This document shows positions 1-10,300 of a stretch of DNA of 37,016 nucleotides, piece after piece. The notes below the pieces were generated by a model. The model was not told where the DNA came from, did no database searches, and saw nothing but the letters and a program-made list of their open reading frames with translations. Position 1 is the first letter of the stretch, and each line of letters starts with the position of its first letter. The position numbers and the translations under genes are program-made. Origin of the DNA: a virus (lineage: Duplodnaviria; Caudoviricetes). The stretch spans positions 1 through 37,016 of the IMG/VR virus record IMGVR_UViG_3300025132_000119, one strand, 5' to 3'.

Positions 1-1
1 G

Positions 2-241
2 GCAGCAGGTCAGTGGGTATGGGATAAATTAGATAGTTGTTCAGGTATTAGTTTCTTACCACGAACAGATCATGTTTATCAGCAAGCACCTTATGAAGCT
101 GTAGATGAAAAAACATATAAAGACTTACTTAAACAAATGCCAAAAGATATTGATTGGAATAAACTAGGTGAGTTTGAAAAAGAAGATACTACTACTGGTA
201 CGCAAGAACTAGCTTGTGTGGCAGGTGGTTGTGAGATATAG
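2..241 (+). CDS. nrdJ: Class II (adenosylcobalamin-dependent) ribonucleotide reductase, C-terminal fragment (5' truncated)
   Basis: Frame 2 reads ...WVWDKLDSCSGISFLP..HVYQQAPYE...ELACVAGGCEI*; GISFLP/YxQAPYE motifs and terminal CxxGxCE pair typical of monomeric NrdJ. Confidence 0.9.
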   Translation, partial: AAGQWVWDKLDSCSGISFLPRTDHVYQQAPYEAVDEKTYKDLLKQMPKDIDWNKLGEFEKEDTTTGTQELACVAGGCEI

Positions 242-313
242 TTGGATAACATGGTTGGAGATAATTACTTGTCTCCATATCATATTTAATGTCTGGAATA
301 ACATGGGAATTAT

Positions 314-541
314 ATGAGTAAAAAAGAAGGAAACTTAATAAGCTTCAAAGTTCTTATAGATTCTAAAGGTTTTATATTTACAGAACTTAGTGCTGTCCCT
401 GAAGATAAATTGCTAAAAGCTTTTCAGGGACATGAACTAAGACTAATTAGAAAAATATTATCTACTTGCAGTAATAAACTAAAACCTTTACATAAAGAAT
501 TAGAAGCTGAAATACAAGCTTTAAATCATCCTACCACTTAA
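314..541 (+). CDS. Hypothetical phage protein, last gene of the plus-strand arm
   Basis: 75-aa ORF following nrdJ; overlaps the convergent gene by 11 nt. Confidence 0.7.
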   Translation: MSKKEGNLISFKVLIDSKGFIFTELSAVPEDKLLKAFQGHELRLIRKILSTCSNKLKPLHKELEAEIQALNHPTT

Positions 542-818
542 CTTTGTGCGACCAATAACGAGCTGACATCTTACTAGGATTAGCATCTTGTGCATTATGA
601 CGAGCATAGTAAGATTTCTTACGAGCTTTATCTTTTGCAGTAGTTGGATTCTTACCTGCACCTTTTACTCCTTGTTGTCCAAAGCGTATTGTCTTTATTT
701 TATCGCCTTGTTTTGCTACTACAACATGAGATTTAGTCGGGTGGCTAGGAGTTCTTTTAGGTTTATTAAATCCTGCTACTCCTGCTTTTGCTAATCGTGG
801 ATCTTTTTTATTAGCCAT
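531..818 (-). CDS. Small basic phage protein
   Basis: K/R-rich; KSHVVVAK..KTIRFGQQG..RKKSYYARH..SARYWS; TAATG-coupled to upstream gene. Confidence 0.8.
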   Translation of the reverse strand: MANKKDPRLAKAGVAGFNKPKRTPSHPTKSHVVVAKQGDKIKTIRFGQQGVKGAGKNPTTAKDKARKKSYYARHNAQDANPSKMSARYWSHKVKW

Positions 819-1060
819 TATTGTCTATGCCTCCTAGTTTTTCTAGCTATAGATTTAGGTTGCTTGCTATGTTGCTTACCTGCTTTAGTATCTTTGCGTT
901 TCTTTGCCGAAGTTCTAGCATACTCAGAAGCACTTAAAGATTTTATAGCTGATGAAGGTAAATATCTTTCCCCTGTTTTAGCAGAAGGCTTACCTGATTT
1001 TGTTCGCCACTTTTGTGCAGTCCATTTCTTCAAAGACTTTTGTGATTTTTTTAATGCCAT
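818..1060 (-). CDS. Small basic protein, C-terminal half of DUF5872-like domain
   Basis: QKSLKKWTAQKWRT..ERYLP..KKRK..GKQ motifs; TAATG coupling. Confidence 0.75.
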   Translation of the reverse strand: MALKKSQKSLKKWTAQKWRTKSGKPSAKTGERYLPSSAIKSLSASEYARTSAKKRKDTKAGKQHSKQPKSIARKTRRHRQ

Positions 1061-1344
1061 TACACTGTTCTCCTTGCTCTCTTTAGGGCTGCTTTAGCTT
1101 GTTTAGCTAACTGGGCTTGTGTATTTTTCTTTTGTACTTTAGCTCTTTGTTCTAAGACTGTAAGTATTTGAATCTTTCTAGCATAAGGTTTTCTAATTCT
1201 TTTTACTTTATTGATAGTGTCTTTTGCATCTTGAACAGTCGCATACTTTATACTAACAGTATCTTTAGGATTCTCGTCAGTATATAATCTTCTGCCAGAG
1301 CCTTTTGGTTTTTTACCTGTACCTACTCTAGGATCTTTAGCCAT
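1060..1344 (-). CDS. Small basic phage protein
   Basis: GTGKKPKGSGRRLYTDENPKDTV; TAATG coupling on both sides. Confidence 0.8.
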   Translation of the reverse strand: MAKDPRVGTGKKPKGSGRRLYTDENPKDTVSIKYATVQDAKDTINKVKRIRKPYARKIQILTVLEQRAKVQKKNTQAQLAKQAKAALKRARRTV

Positions 1345-1490
1345 TACTTTTTATGTACCTTTTGTATTTCAAAGTTTGCATTTAAAGTTGCTCCTTTATG
1401 TGGAACAAACTTACCTTTGTGTTTCATTAATTTATAGCTACCATTTTTTTGTAACATCCAATGATAACCATCAGGGGCTTTTACTTTCAT
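1344..1490 (-). CDS. 48-aa basic hypothetical protein (not in ORF track)
   Basis: MKVKAPDGYHWMLQKNGSYKLMKHKGKFVPHKGATLNANFEIQKVHKK*; AAGGAG upstream; stop overlaps next ATG. Confidence 0.75.
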   Translation of the reverse strand: MKVKAPDGYHWMLQKNGSYKLMKHKGKFVPHKGATLNANFEIQKVHKK

Positions 1491-1510
1491 AATTTATACT
1501 ACTCCTTTAC

Positions 1511-1621
1511 TTACTTATTATATCCTACACCACGATAAGTGTGTTTGTTTTGCTCTTTGTTAGATTTTTTAACTTCAGAATTTTTATTTACTTTAACGCC
1601 TCTATAATATTGTATAGTCAT
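1511..1621 (-). CDS. 36-aa DUF4278-like YRG peptide (not in ORF track)
   Basis: MTIQYYRGVKVNKNSEVKKSNKEQNKHTYRGVGYNK*; two YRGV motifs; GGAGG RBS; directly downstream of riboswitch. Confidence 0.85.
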   Translation of the reverse strand: MTIQYYRGVKVNKNSEVKKSNKEQNKHTYRGVGYNK

Positions 1622-1658
1622 AATATACCTCCAAAACATAATTGATAAAATTATCAAT

Positions 1659-1709
1659 GCGTTCCTTCAGCACTATTGCTTACTTCCGACCATATTATAT
1701 GGTTGAACG
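1659..1709 (-). promoter_or_regulatory. Glutamine riboswitch aptamer (glnA RNA motif, class I)
   Basis: Minus strand CGUUC-A-ACCAUA(UAA)UAUGGU-CGGA-AGUA-AGCA(AUAG)UGCU-GAA-G-GAACG-C: P1, P2, GGA junction, AGUA/GAA E-loop, P3. Confidence 0.9.
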
Positions 1710-1726
1710 AGATATTAATTTAATTA

Positions 1727-1939
1727 CTACTTATATCCGCCCCCTTTGGCTTTATATTCTTTAGCTAACAACTGAGCTTTCCTAGCAGACCATTGACCTG
1801 CTTTACCACCCTTCGTGCCTGCTTTTATTTTATTAAATAAATTCTTACGCATAGTAGGCTTAGTATAATTGCCTGCTTCGTTTACTCTAGAGCCTTTGTT
1901 TTTTTTAACTCTAGGCTTTTTAGTTGTGCAATGTCCCAT
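1727..1939 (-). CDS. Small basic protein, N-terminal half of DUF5872-like domain
   Basis: YTKPTMRK..GGKAGQWSARKAQLLAKEYKAKGGGY. Confidence 0.8.
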   Translation of the reverse strand: MGHCTTKKPRVKKNKGSRVNEAGNYTKPTMRKNLFNKIKAGTKGGKAGQWSARKAQLLAKEYKAKGGGYK

Positions 1940-1948
1940 TAGTTTCTC

Positions 1949-2437
1949 CTATCTTTTTCCTGCAGGTGTAAAATAAAATCCTATTATAGCTCCCAAAGTG
2001 GTAATCGAGACGAGGGAGATATGTCCTGTAGTGATTGCCGTTGTGATTCCTTCGTCGATAGGCATCTTATAGAGTCCCCACAAAACGCTGATCTCTTTCG
2101 CTTGCTCTGGTGGAACAAATGTGATGAGTTCGATTGTTGGGTAGATGGTACATAAGATCGAGATTGTGGCGAAGTTGAGCATCCCGATAAGAGCAATGAT
2201 CCTACGAGTAGTCCTAGTAAAAATCGTTGCTTCAGGGTCTTCACTCGCATCTCCAAATATTGCCTTTTGAAATTCAACATCAGCCTCCTTCATCTGCATA
2301 TCACGAATTAGTTCTCTTTTAGCTTCTGCTTCTTTAGCCTCGTTGCGACTTTGAACAGCACCTGCTACAATTTTTAGCATCGACCCCATTCCTGTAGCAC
2401 CTAGAGTCGATACTAGCATTGTTATTAATCCAAACAT
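1949..2437 (-). CDS. Membrane protein, putative holin
   Basis: Three hydrophobic segments, C-terminal IIGFYF plus basic tail. Confidence 0.55.
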   Translation of the reverse strand: MFGLITMLVSTLGATGMGSMLKIVAGAVQSRNEAKEAEAKRELIRDMQMKEADVEFQKAIFGDASEDPEATIFTRTTRRIIALIGMLNFATISILCTIYPTIELITFVPPEQAKEISVLWGLYKMPIDEGITTAITTGHISLVSITTLGAIIGFYFTPAGKR

Positions 2438-2446
2438 ATAGTCTCC

Positions 2447-2806
2447 TTATAATAAAGGATTTTTCTTATCAGTTAGTTTATTAACTTTTTCTTTAAGTCC
2501 TTTAACTTCTGTTTCGAGGACTTTAAGATTTGTTTCAACTTCGCTTGTATCTGGAATATCCAACCCTTCAACTTTACCTTCAAGGACTTTAATAGTTCCT
2601 TTAACTTCTTCAATTTGTTTGCCAATATGTCCAATATCATTGTCTTCTATCCTCGTTTCTAGTTTAGTTAATCTAGCTTCTAGATGTGTAGCATCTGTTG
2701 AAGCCTCCAAAGCAGATACCTTTTCTGTTAAAGTTCCATAACCTACAGCAGCTCCTCCAATAGAAGATGCTATACCTAACCATAAAGCTACATCTTGTGG
2801 TTTCAT
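2447..2806 (-). CDS. Membrane-anchored coiled-coil protein
   Basis: Hydrophobic N-terminus followed by heptad repeats; GGAGG RBS. Confidence 0.65.
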   Translation of the reverse strand: MKPQDVALWLGIASSIGGAAVGYGTLTEKVSALEASTDATHLEARLTKLETRIEDNDIGHIGKQIEEVKGTIKVLEGKVEGLDIPDTSEVETNLKVLETEVKGLKEKVNKLTDKKNPLL

Positions 2807-3612
2807 TGTTCTCCTCCAATTCTAGGTTCAGGATTAACCTGAATATCATTATAATAAAAAGGTACAGTAGCATACATATCATACATTAAACTATTTACAC
2901 CTACATTAGCTTGATTCCAATCAAGATTTAATTGAGTATAATTTAGCTGATCTATTGATACTGAAGCATTTGTAAAGAAATCCATAATAGTATTTGTAGA
3001 CATAAAAGCATGAGCTATAGTATCTATTACAAATGAATCTTGAGCATAGGCTTCAATCATATTCTTAGTCATACTAGCTTCTAACATACCATCTATAGAT
3101 GTATTAAACTTTTGTCTGCTAGATTCTTTAATAGCTCTAAGATCATTTTCAGTTGCATATGCTTCTGCATTTATCTTAGTCTCTTGATCTCCATTTACAA
3201 GTTTATCTGCTAATTCAGTTACTGCTGATATTTCTGAGGCAGCTTCAATTAGAGACTCTTTTTCACTTTCATAGGTTTCTTGCTCTAGGTCAATCATATC
3301 GTTCAATAGAACAAGCGAGAGAGCCTCTGGAGTGCTGTTTACAAGCCCATCTGCATATGCTTGGTTAAATACATCCATTTGTTCTGCTGTTAGTTCGTAC
3401 TCTTCACCGCTTGTAGGATGGTATATAATAGTTGTACCATCTGCCATTGACTGTGTGCTCCATTGAATATAGTCTTGTATTCTATTCTGTACTACATTCT
3501 TCATTTCTGATGAAGCGTCGTTTAGTGAAGTCATATCGTAATCGTTCTCCCCTGCACTCGTCTGTTGGCTCAAGCTTAGTGGAGCTATTAACAACAAGAG
3601 GGTCAGGAACAT
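2803..3612 (-). CDS. Acidic hypothetical protein with predicted signal peptide (start uncertain; track start 3645)
   Basis: MFLTLLLLIAPLSLS N-terminus; ATGA overlap with next gene. Confidence 0.6.
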   Translation of the reverse strand: MFLTLLLLIAPLSLSQQTSAGENDYDMTSLNDASSEMKNVVQNRIQDYIQWSTQSMADGTTIIYHPTSGEEYELTAEQMDVFNQAYADGLVNSTPEALSLVLLNDMIDLEQETYESEKESLIEAASEISAVTELADKLVNGDQETKINAEAYATENDLRAIKESSRQKFNTSIDGMLEASMTKNMIEAYAQDSFVIDTIAHAFMSTNTIMDFFTNASVSIDQLNYTQLNLDWNQANVGVNSLMYDMYATVPFYYNDIQVNPEPRIGGEQ

Positions 3613-4072
3613 ACTGTGGGTTTTTAACATAATATTCAATGGCATCTTCTCCTATTAATCCTTTTATTGGGCAGGGTGTTTGGGCATTTCTCATAGCCCA
3701 CCAGACACGAGGGTCTTGGCAAAGAATTGAAGTGGCAGCCACCTTCAAACCTAAACTACTTAATTGTCTTGAAAGCTTTAACATCTCACAATTCTTATCA
3801 ACTTTTAAAGTATTAAAACTAATACCAAGCTGTAATGATTGCAGTCCTCTGCCCGATGAAATAACACAGGCATCTTGATTATAAACAGGAACACCATTAC
3901 CGACTGCTGTGGTTACTGGCATACCTTCTTGATTAACTGTTGTTTCTGTAGTGGTAGTTATTGTTTCTGCTTGTTGATTAGTACCAAAGTCTCCAACAGT
4001 TGCTTCACTTCCACTAGCTTGTATGTGCTGACTGATAAGAATACAAACTATTAGTATTATTAATTTCTTCAT
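3482..4072 (-). CDS. Cys-containing hypothetical protein with signal peptide
   Basis: MKKLIILIVCILISQHIQA; DKNCEMLKLSRQL..LCQDPRV..TPCP. Confidence 0.75.
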   Translation of the reverse strand: MKKLIILIVCILISQHIQASGSEATVGDFGTNQQAETITTTTETTVNQEGMPVTTAVGNGVPVYNQDACVISSGRGLQSLQLGISFNTLKVDKNCEMLKLSRQLSSLGLKVAATSILCQDPRVWWAMRNAQTPCPIKGLIGEDAIEYYVKNPQYVPDPLVVNSSTKLEPTDECRGERLRYDFTKRRFIRNEECSTE

Positions 4073-4334
4073 TAAATATTAACTCTTCTATTTTAAGTAC
4101 CCAAGAAGTAGGTATTGCTATATGACCACCTCCTTCTTTTAAAGTGTCGTCTTCTGTTACTATTCTAGAACGCATCACTATTACTTTATTACTATCTCTA
4201 TGAACAAGCCATCCTATTTCTTGACAAATAGCAGGCTCATGTGCTACAATATCTTCAATATCTGTCCATGAACCATCACTGTCTTGAGCATCTAGCCAAG
4301 TTAAACGAACCATTGGAATATCTTCAATCTGCAT
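4014..4334 (-). CDS. Small hypothetical phage protein
   Basis: VRLTWLDA..W..C..IGWL..IAIP pattern. Confidence 0.7.
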   Translation of the reverse strand: MQIEDIPMVRLTWLDAQDSDGSWTDIEDIVAHEPAICQEIGWLVHRDSNKVIVMRSRIVTEDDTLKEGGGHIAIPTSWVLKIEELIFNEEINNTNSLYSYQSAHTS

Positions 4335-7300
4335 TTACTAACCCACCTTCAGCAAATTGAGGAAGACCATTTTCTAATACATCTTTTTTAAGTTTATCGT
4401 TAAATTTTAGAACATAAAAAGTTTCATCTAGATCTTCAAACATTTCATTATCACTTCTAATTTTTAATGGTTTTGTTTCAACTGTTAGTCCATATTTTTT
4501 TGCTAATTTATTTAAATAAGATCTTCCTTTTTTATCATAAAGCACATCAAATTTTTCTTCAAAACTTTCACCATATCTATTTGTATGAGTTTTTCCTAAA
4601 GTTAAAGCTATTCCATCATCCCCTTTATCTACAGCATCTATAACACTTTTATTTATTGCTAATTTATGCCATGTATCTTTAAAAGGAGCATCTTTTAATT
4701 TATTAGAATATCCACCTGTTTCTATTACAGGAAGCATAAGGTCAAAAGAATTACCATCAAACTCAGCTAGTAATGTTTGTAACTCTTCTGTTATCATTTT
4801 TTCTTTTAAAAATGTATTTTTTTCTTCTAGTTCAGATAACATTTCTCCAACTCGTTTTTTCATATATTTATTAAATTGATATTCTAAAATACCTTGTCTT
4901 CTAGGTTTTAAGTCTTTGCTTTTTAAATATTCTGGAAACTCTTTTACAAATCTTGTTCTTTCTACAATTAATTCGTTAATTAGTTCTTTATTTAAACCAA
5001 ATTTTCCTAAAAATTTAACTGCTTTATTTACATCTTCTGCATCAACATATCCTTCAAAAAGTGTAAATTTATTAAGATATTCTGGTGTAGGCATATCTTT
5101 ATCTAAAGGATCTTTAATGTTATCATATCTATACTCAGACTCATAAAAATTACTTTTTATATCTTCATAGAATCCTGAATCAAATATTTTTTCATAATCA
5201 TCACCTTCAAATAGTTGATCAATATTATAATTTATTTCAGCTAAATCTCGGTCAGTTGGAACAAACTCAGCATAAGGCGAAGTAGGATCTTTTGCATATC
5301 CATATTTTCGACCATCCCTATGATAATCAGATTGCATTTCTTCTATAATACTATAAGATACTTTATTTTCATCATAACCCTCAGACAGTCTTATATGCAT
5401 AAAGTTTTTATTGTAATTTGGTATATCTATATGATGTTCTGATTGACTTTTCATATTTTTAAATTTACCAACCTCAGGAAATTGAGCCACTATTTCTCTA
5501 TAATTAGTATTTTTAAAAGGCAAACTATCCATAAGAGAATCTATAATCATATCAGTATCTGTTATATCTACATTATCAAAAAAAGCTTCATTATATCTTG
5601 CATCATATTTATCTAATTCTAATGCAGGATCAAAATCATCATCATTAGTTAGTCTTTTCATAAACTGACCTAACGTAGGTACTCCTTCTGGAAACTCTGC
5701 TCTTATTTCTTCTGTTTCTTTCATTTTAAGATTGTTAATAAATTCATCATTTTCTGGATCAGGTTTTGTTTTCTCGTGTGCTATAGTATACTGTTCATAC
5801 TCAGGTCCAAAATCATCTATAGAATCTCTAAATATTATTTTAGGAGCTGATTTAGAAACAATTTCTTTTACTTCATCTTTAGTAAGATTTGGTTTCATAA
5901 ACAACTGATCCATTATTTCTGAATATTCTAGTTCATCTTGTGTAACAAAAGGTTTTTTCTTTAACTCATTATAAAAAGTTTTACCACTACCTTTTTGAGT
6001 TTTAAGTTGTTTAGCAGCTTCTTCTACTGCACTAAAAAAACCTTTACTTCCTTTAGCTGATAATGATCCATAAACAAATTTACTTCTATCTTCTGAGTCT
6101 TTTATTAAAGATTGTCTAGCTGCTAAGTCTTCTTCCCCAATAGAATTTAAATAATCTTGAGTATCTGAGTTAATCCAAAACTCTAATTCTCTAATTCTTC
6201 TTGGACCAAAGTCGTCTTTAAAATCTTTTAAGTTTTCTACAAAAGCTTTCCAATCTCCTGAAGTTGCTTGCTTCCAAGCATTAGGAGTTTTTGTTTTCAT
6301 ATTTCCATACTGTGTAGTAATACTAGCTAGTATAGTTGCTTTTCCTTTAGGTAAAGAACTAAATAAAGTTCCAGTATCTTCTTCCCACATTTCTCTTAAT
6401 TTAGATTCTACTTCTTTATGAATAGTTTCTTTAATAATATCATACTCTTCATCTGTAAGTTTTAATGGATTTAATTTTAAAAACTCTACAGCTTTTTCTT
6501 TCTTTAAACCTAAATAAGGAATTAATTTTTCTTGTAAAGATTTAGGTAATTTTTTTAAGTCTTCAACTTTTCTAGCTCCTAAATCATAACCAGTTGAAAC
6601 TGTTACTCCTGATTCAGATTTTTCAGGCATAGGCACTACTGCTTCTAAAGTTTTTAAAGCATCTTCTTGTTCTGATATAAAATCCCAATCTACTTTAGAT
6701 CTTTTTGATTTAATATTTTTTACAGCAGTAATAGCTTTATCATTTATTCTTTTATCTTTAATATTTTTAAGAGCATTTATTGCTTTATTTTTTATAACAG
6801 GAGCAGATATATTTAAAGTATCATCAACTGAAATATCATTCATGTTTCCTATTTCATTAACTTCCATTAAATTTTCTACTGTAGTATTAAATTTTTTAGC
6901 TATTGAAGATAAAGTATCTCCTTTTTTAATACTATAACTGTCTACTGTTTTAACTTTACTGCCTTCATTAAATATTAATCTTCCACCACTATAACGCATT
7001 TCTCTAAGATCTGTTAAATCATATTCTGCTGCGTTCATATTTTTAAATTGATTTGCATCAAATAAAATATAAGATGAAAAATCTTCTCCTTGTATTGGAG
7101 TTTCTTTAAAGTTTCTATATTGAATACCATCAAATCCTAATTCTTTTAGATAGTTTTGAAACTTTTTATCCATCAAAGAATATTCAAATCTTTCTTTTAT
7201 ATCTACATAAGTAGATAATTTTGGATTTATCATCTTTTCAATTTGATCTTCATCAGCTTTAAATCTAATATCTGATATTTCATTTCTTAGTTTATTTAAG

Positions 7301-10300
7301 TTAGCAAGTTCTTTTTTACTAAGCTTTCTTTTTAAACCATCTTCTAAACTAAATAATACATCATCATAAAAATTAGTTAATAAATTTTCTGAAGTCCAAA
7401 GTCCATAATCAGTATCAAACTTTAAAGGTTTTTTAAGATTAATATATCCACTCTTTATGGCTAAAGGCGGAGTTCCTATTTCATCTACACCAAGTTTTTC
7501 TGCAAGTTTTTCTGCTATTGCTCCCTGCTCTACAAAAAAATCTTGATAATCTTTCATTGACAATTGTAATGGAACATCTTTTTCAAGTCTTGCAGGTATT
7601 CCTAAATCTTCAGCTTTTCTAGAAAGAGCTTTAGCAAGTATAAAATTAGCTTGACCTACATTACCTACATGGACACCCATCTCTCTAGGAACAGCAAAAC
7701 CTATTTCATAATCTGTATCTATCATGTTTGTTATACCACGATATACTCTTGTTTTAACAACAGAGTCTTTTAACATTTCTTCTAAACTTTCGTTTCTAAT
7801 AACTGGATCAACTTCAGGAACATCTAATATAGAATTTTTAGGCGGTATAATTTTTGACATCTTTTTGAAGTCTTCTAATTTTGTAGGATCTTCTTTTACA
7901 ATCTTAGCTAAAATATTTTTAGCTGATTCTCTAGCTCCTTTTTCTGTTATAGTATCACTATTATTTTTATCTTTTAAAATACGCATAGCTGTGTAATTAA
8001 TTAGTGATCCTAATTCTTCATTTATATTAGAAGAATCTACATCTAAATCTATTAGATTTTCATGTTTAGTTACTATAGGATATAAAGACTGTGCAATATC
8101 TTTATTAATTTTAATATCATCTTTAACACTTAATCTTTTATCTTGTGTTATTGGTTTAATACTTAACATATTATCAACTTTACTAGCAATAATATCATCT
8201 ATATCATTAGCTGATATATTTAATTTTTGTAAAGAAGGCACTACTTTTCTTATATTTTCAGATGCTTCATTAACTATTTTAGTTTCAAAAATTTGGCTAG
8301 TTGCATTATTTATTTGTTTTGCTAAAGGTCCTGCAAGTTTTGTAAATAAAACACCACCGATAGCTAATCCAGTACGTTCTTCTCTATCTAGTATATCTGT
8401 AAAAGCATCTCCTGCTTGTTGATTATAAGGAATACCTGTTATTTTATCTATTCTTTCATCAGGCTCAGAAGCTGCTCTAGGTATATCAATTATACCACCT
8501 TTATTATTAAAGTCTCTTTTTGGAACAACTAATTCTTTAAATGCTTTATCCCAATCTTTTAACATCTCAGAATACTCTTGTTCAGCATCATCTCCAAATA
8601 TTAAATCTGCTGAAGTCCAAAAAGGAACTTTTTTACCAAAAAATTCTGCAGGATTCTTTTTGTCAAGTAATGATATAGTATCAGTTCCAAATGGACCAAA
8701 CGGAACACCTAAATAATAAAAAGGATTTCTAGTATATTGTACATTCTTTCTTCCTCTTTCTAGCTGATCATATATTATACCAAAACCACCTATTCTTGTT
8801 ACAGCATCTTTATAAATTTCATGTGGTGCTTTATCTTCTGATTTACCTCTAGTTCTAACATAGTTAGTAAACCTTGCAGTATTCAACATTAATAAAGCAG
8901 CTATAGCTACACTTGGAACAGTTTCAGGATATTTAGCTAATTGTTTAAGACCGCCCTTTAATACTGTATTAGAAAAAGCTGTTGGGTACGATAATAAACC
9001 ATATAAAAAACTTGAATTAGGACTACTATGCCATAATGGTTTTAAATTAGACATAGAATTTGGTTGTAATATAACACCATTAGTATATCTTGCAGCTCCA
9101 TTTAAAAGACCATTTTTATAAAATGAATCATCTAAATTTGATCCTGAATTATACCATCTTACTGCATCATCTATATCTATATCTAACTCTCTTAATCTTC
9201 CTTTAGCTACATTGACTCTTCTAGTTGCAGCCCTTGATCCTCTTAAAGCAACAGTTCTTATATCTCTTTCAATTGCATTTTTACCAGATGCAAAAGAAAC
9301 TGTTTGAACAAATCTTGTCCATTGATCTAGTAATGTAACTTTAAAAAATTTATTACTTATTTCTTGCATTGCTTTATTTTCTAATACATCACCAGTTAAT
9401 CTATTATCTATTTGACTAATTGATTGTTGAACTGCAATATTAAATCTTTTTAGTTCTGCCCAAGCTTCATTTACAGTTAAACCATGTTTAGTTATAAGTT
9501 TAGAATGTGCATCACCAAAAGCTGTTTTAAAACCTAACTCTAAAGATTGAATAAAACCTTTTGAAAATTGTAATGGTCCTCCTTTTGCTACATTTATAAA
9601 TATTTCACCAAGACTTGATAAAGTAGCTTCAGATAAGTAAGCCAGTCTATTTATTAAAGCATATCCACTACTTACATTTTGTCTAATAACACCATTACTT
9701 TTTATTTCACCTGTTGTAGTTTTATATAAATTTAAAATATCTTTTCTTTCTCGATCAGATAATATTTTACCTGAAGCTTCCATTTCTTTAGCAATTTTAT
9801 TTATCCAAACTGTTTCAAATTCTGTAGCATTAGTAGCTTTAAAAACTTTTTTCTTAGCTAAAGCTTTACCTGCTTGAAAAGAATATTGATGAAATATTGT
9901 TGTAAGATCTTGATTAAAAAACTTTGCAAACATAGAATCATCTTTAATATCTATAAGTTTTCGTTGTGCTGAAAAGAAATGACCTGTGCCAGTATTACCT
10001 ATTTGATTTTTAATTTCTAATAAACTTTTTAAAAGTTTTTCTGCTTCAACTATATTTTTAGATTGACCAGACTTAACTAATAACTCTTTAAACTCTTCTT
10101 GATTATTTTCAATAGTTTTTCTATTCCACATACGAGGAATATAATTTTCTACTTGTTTATCTATTAAACCTTCTTGTTCTAAAACATCACCCATTTCTTT
10201 AAATAAAGTTCTAATTTGTAAAGCTGCTTTATTTATTTCTGGACTTGTAGATTCACCACCACGAATAGCTACATTTAAATCTTCTAGTACTTTGTCTTTT

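Noticed and set aside
1659-1709. Downstream-peptide (glutamine-II) class assignment
   Set aside because: The E-loop and P3 are present, which fits the glnA class; no tandem second aptamer was seen
1984-2882. Alternate-frame minus ORFs 1984..2280 (contains LLLSGC, lipobox-like) and 2673..2882
   Set aside because: Nested in better genes. The lipobox could indicate an embedded o-spanin-like gene, but I could not support a start/RBS or the usual spanin arrangement, so it is left uncalled
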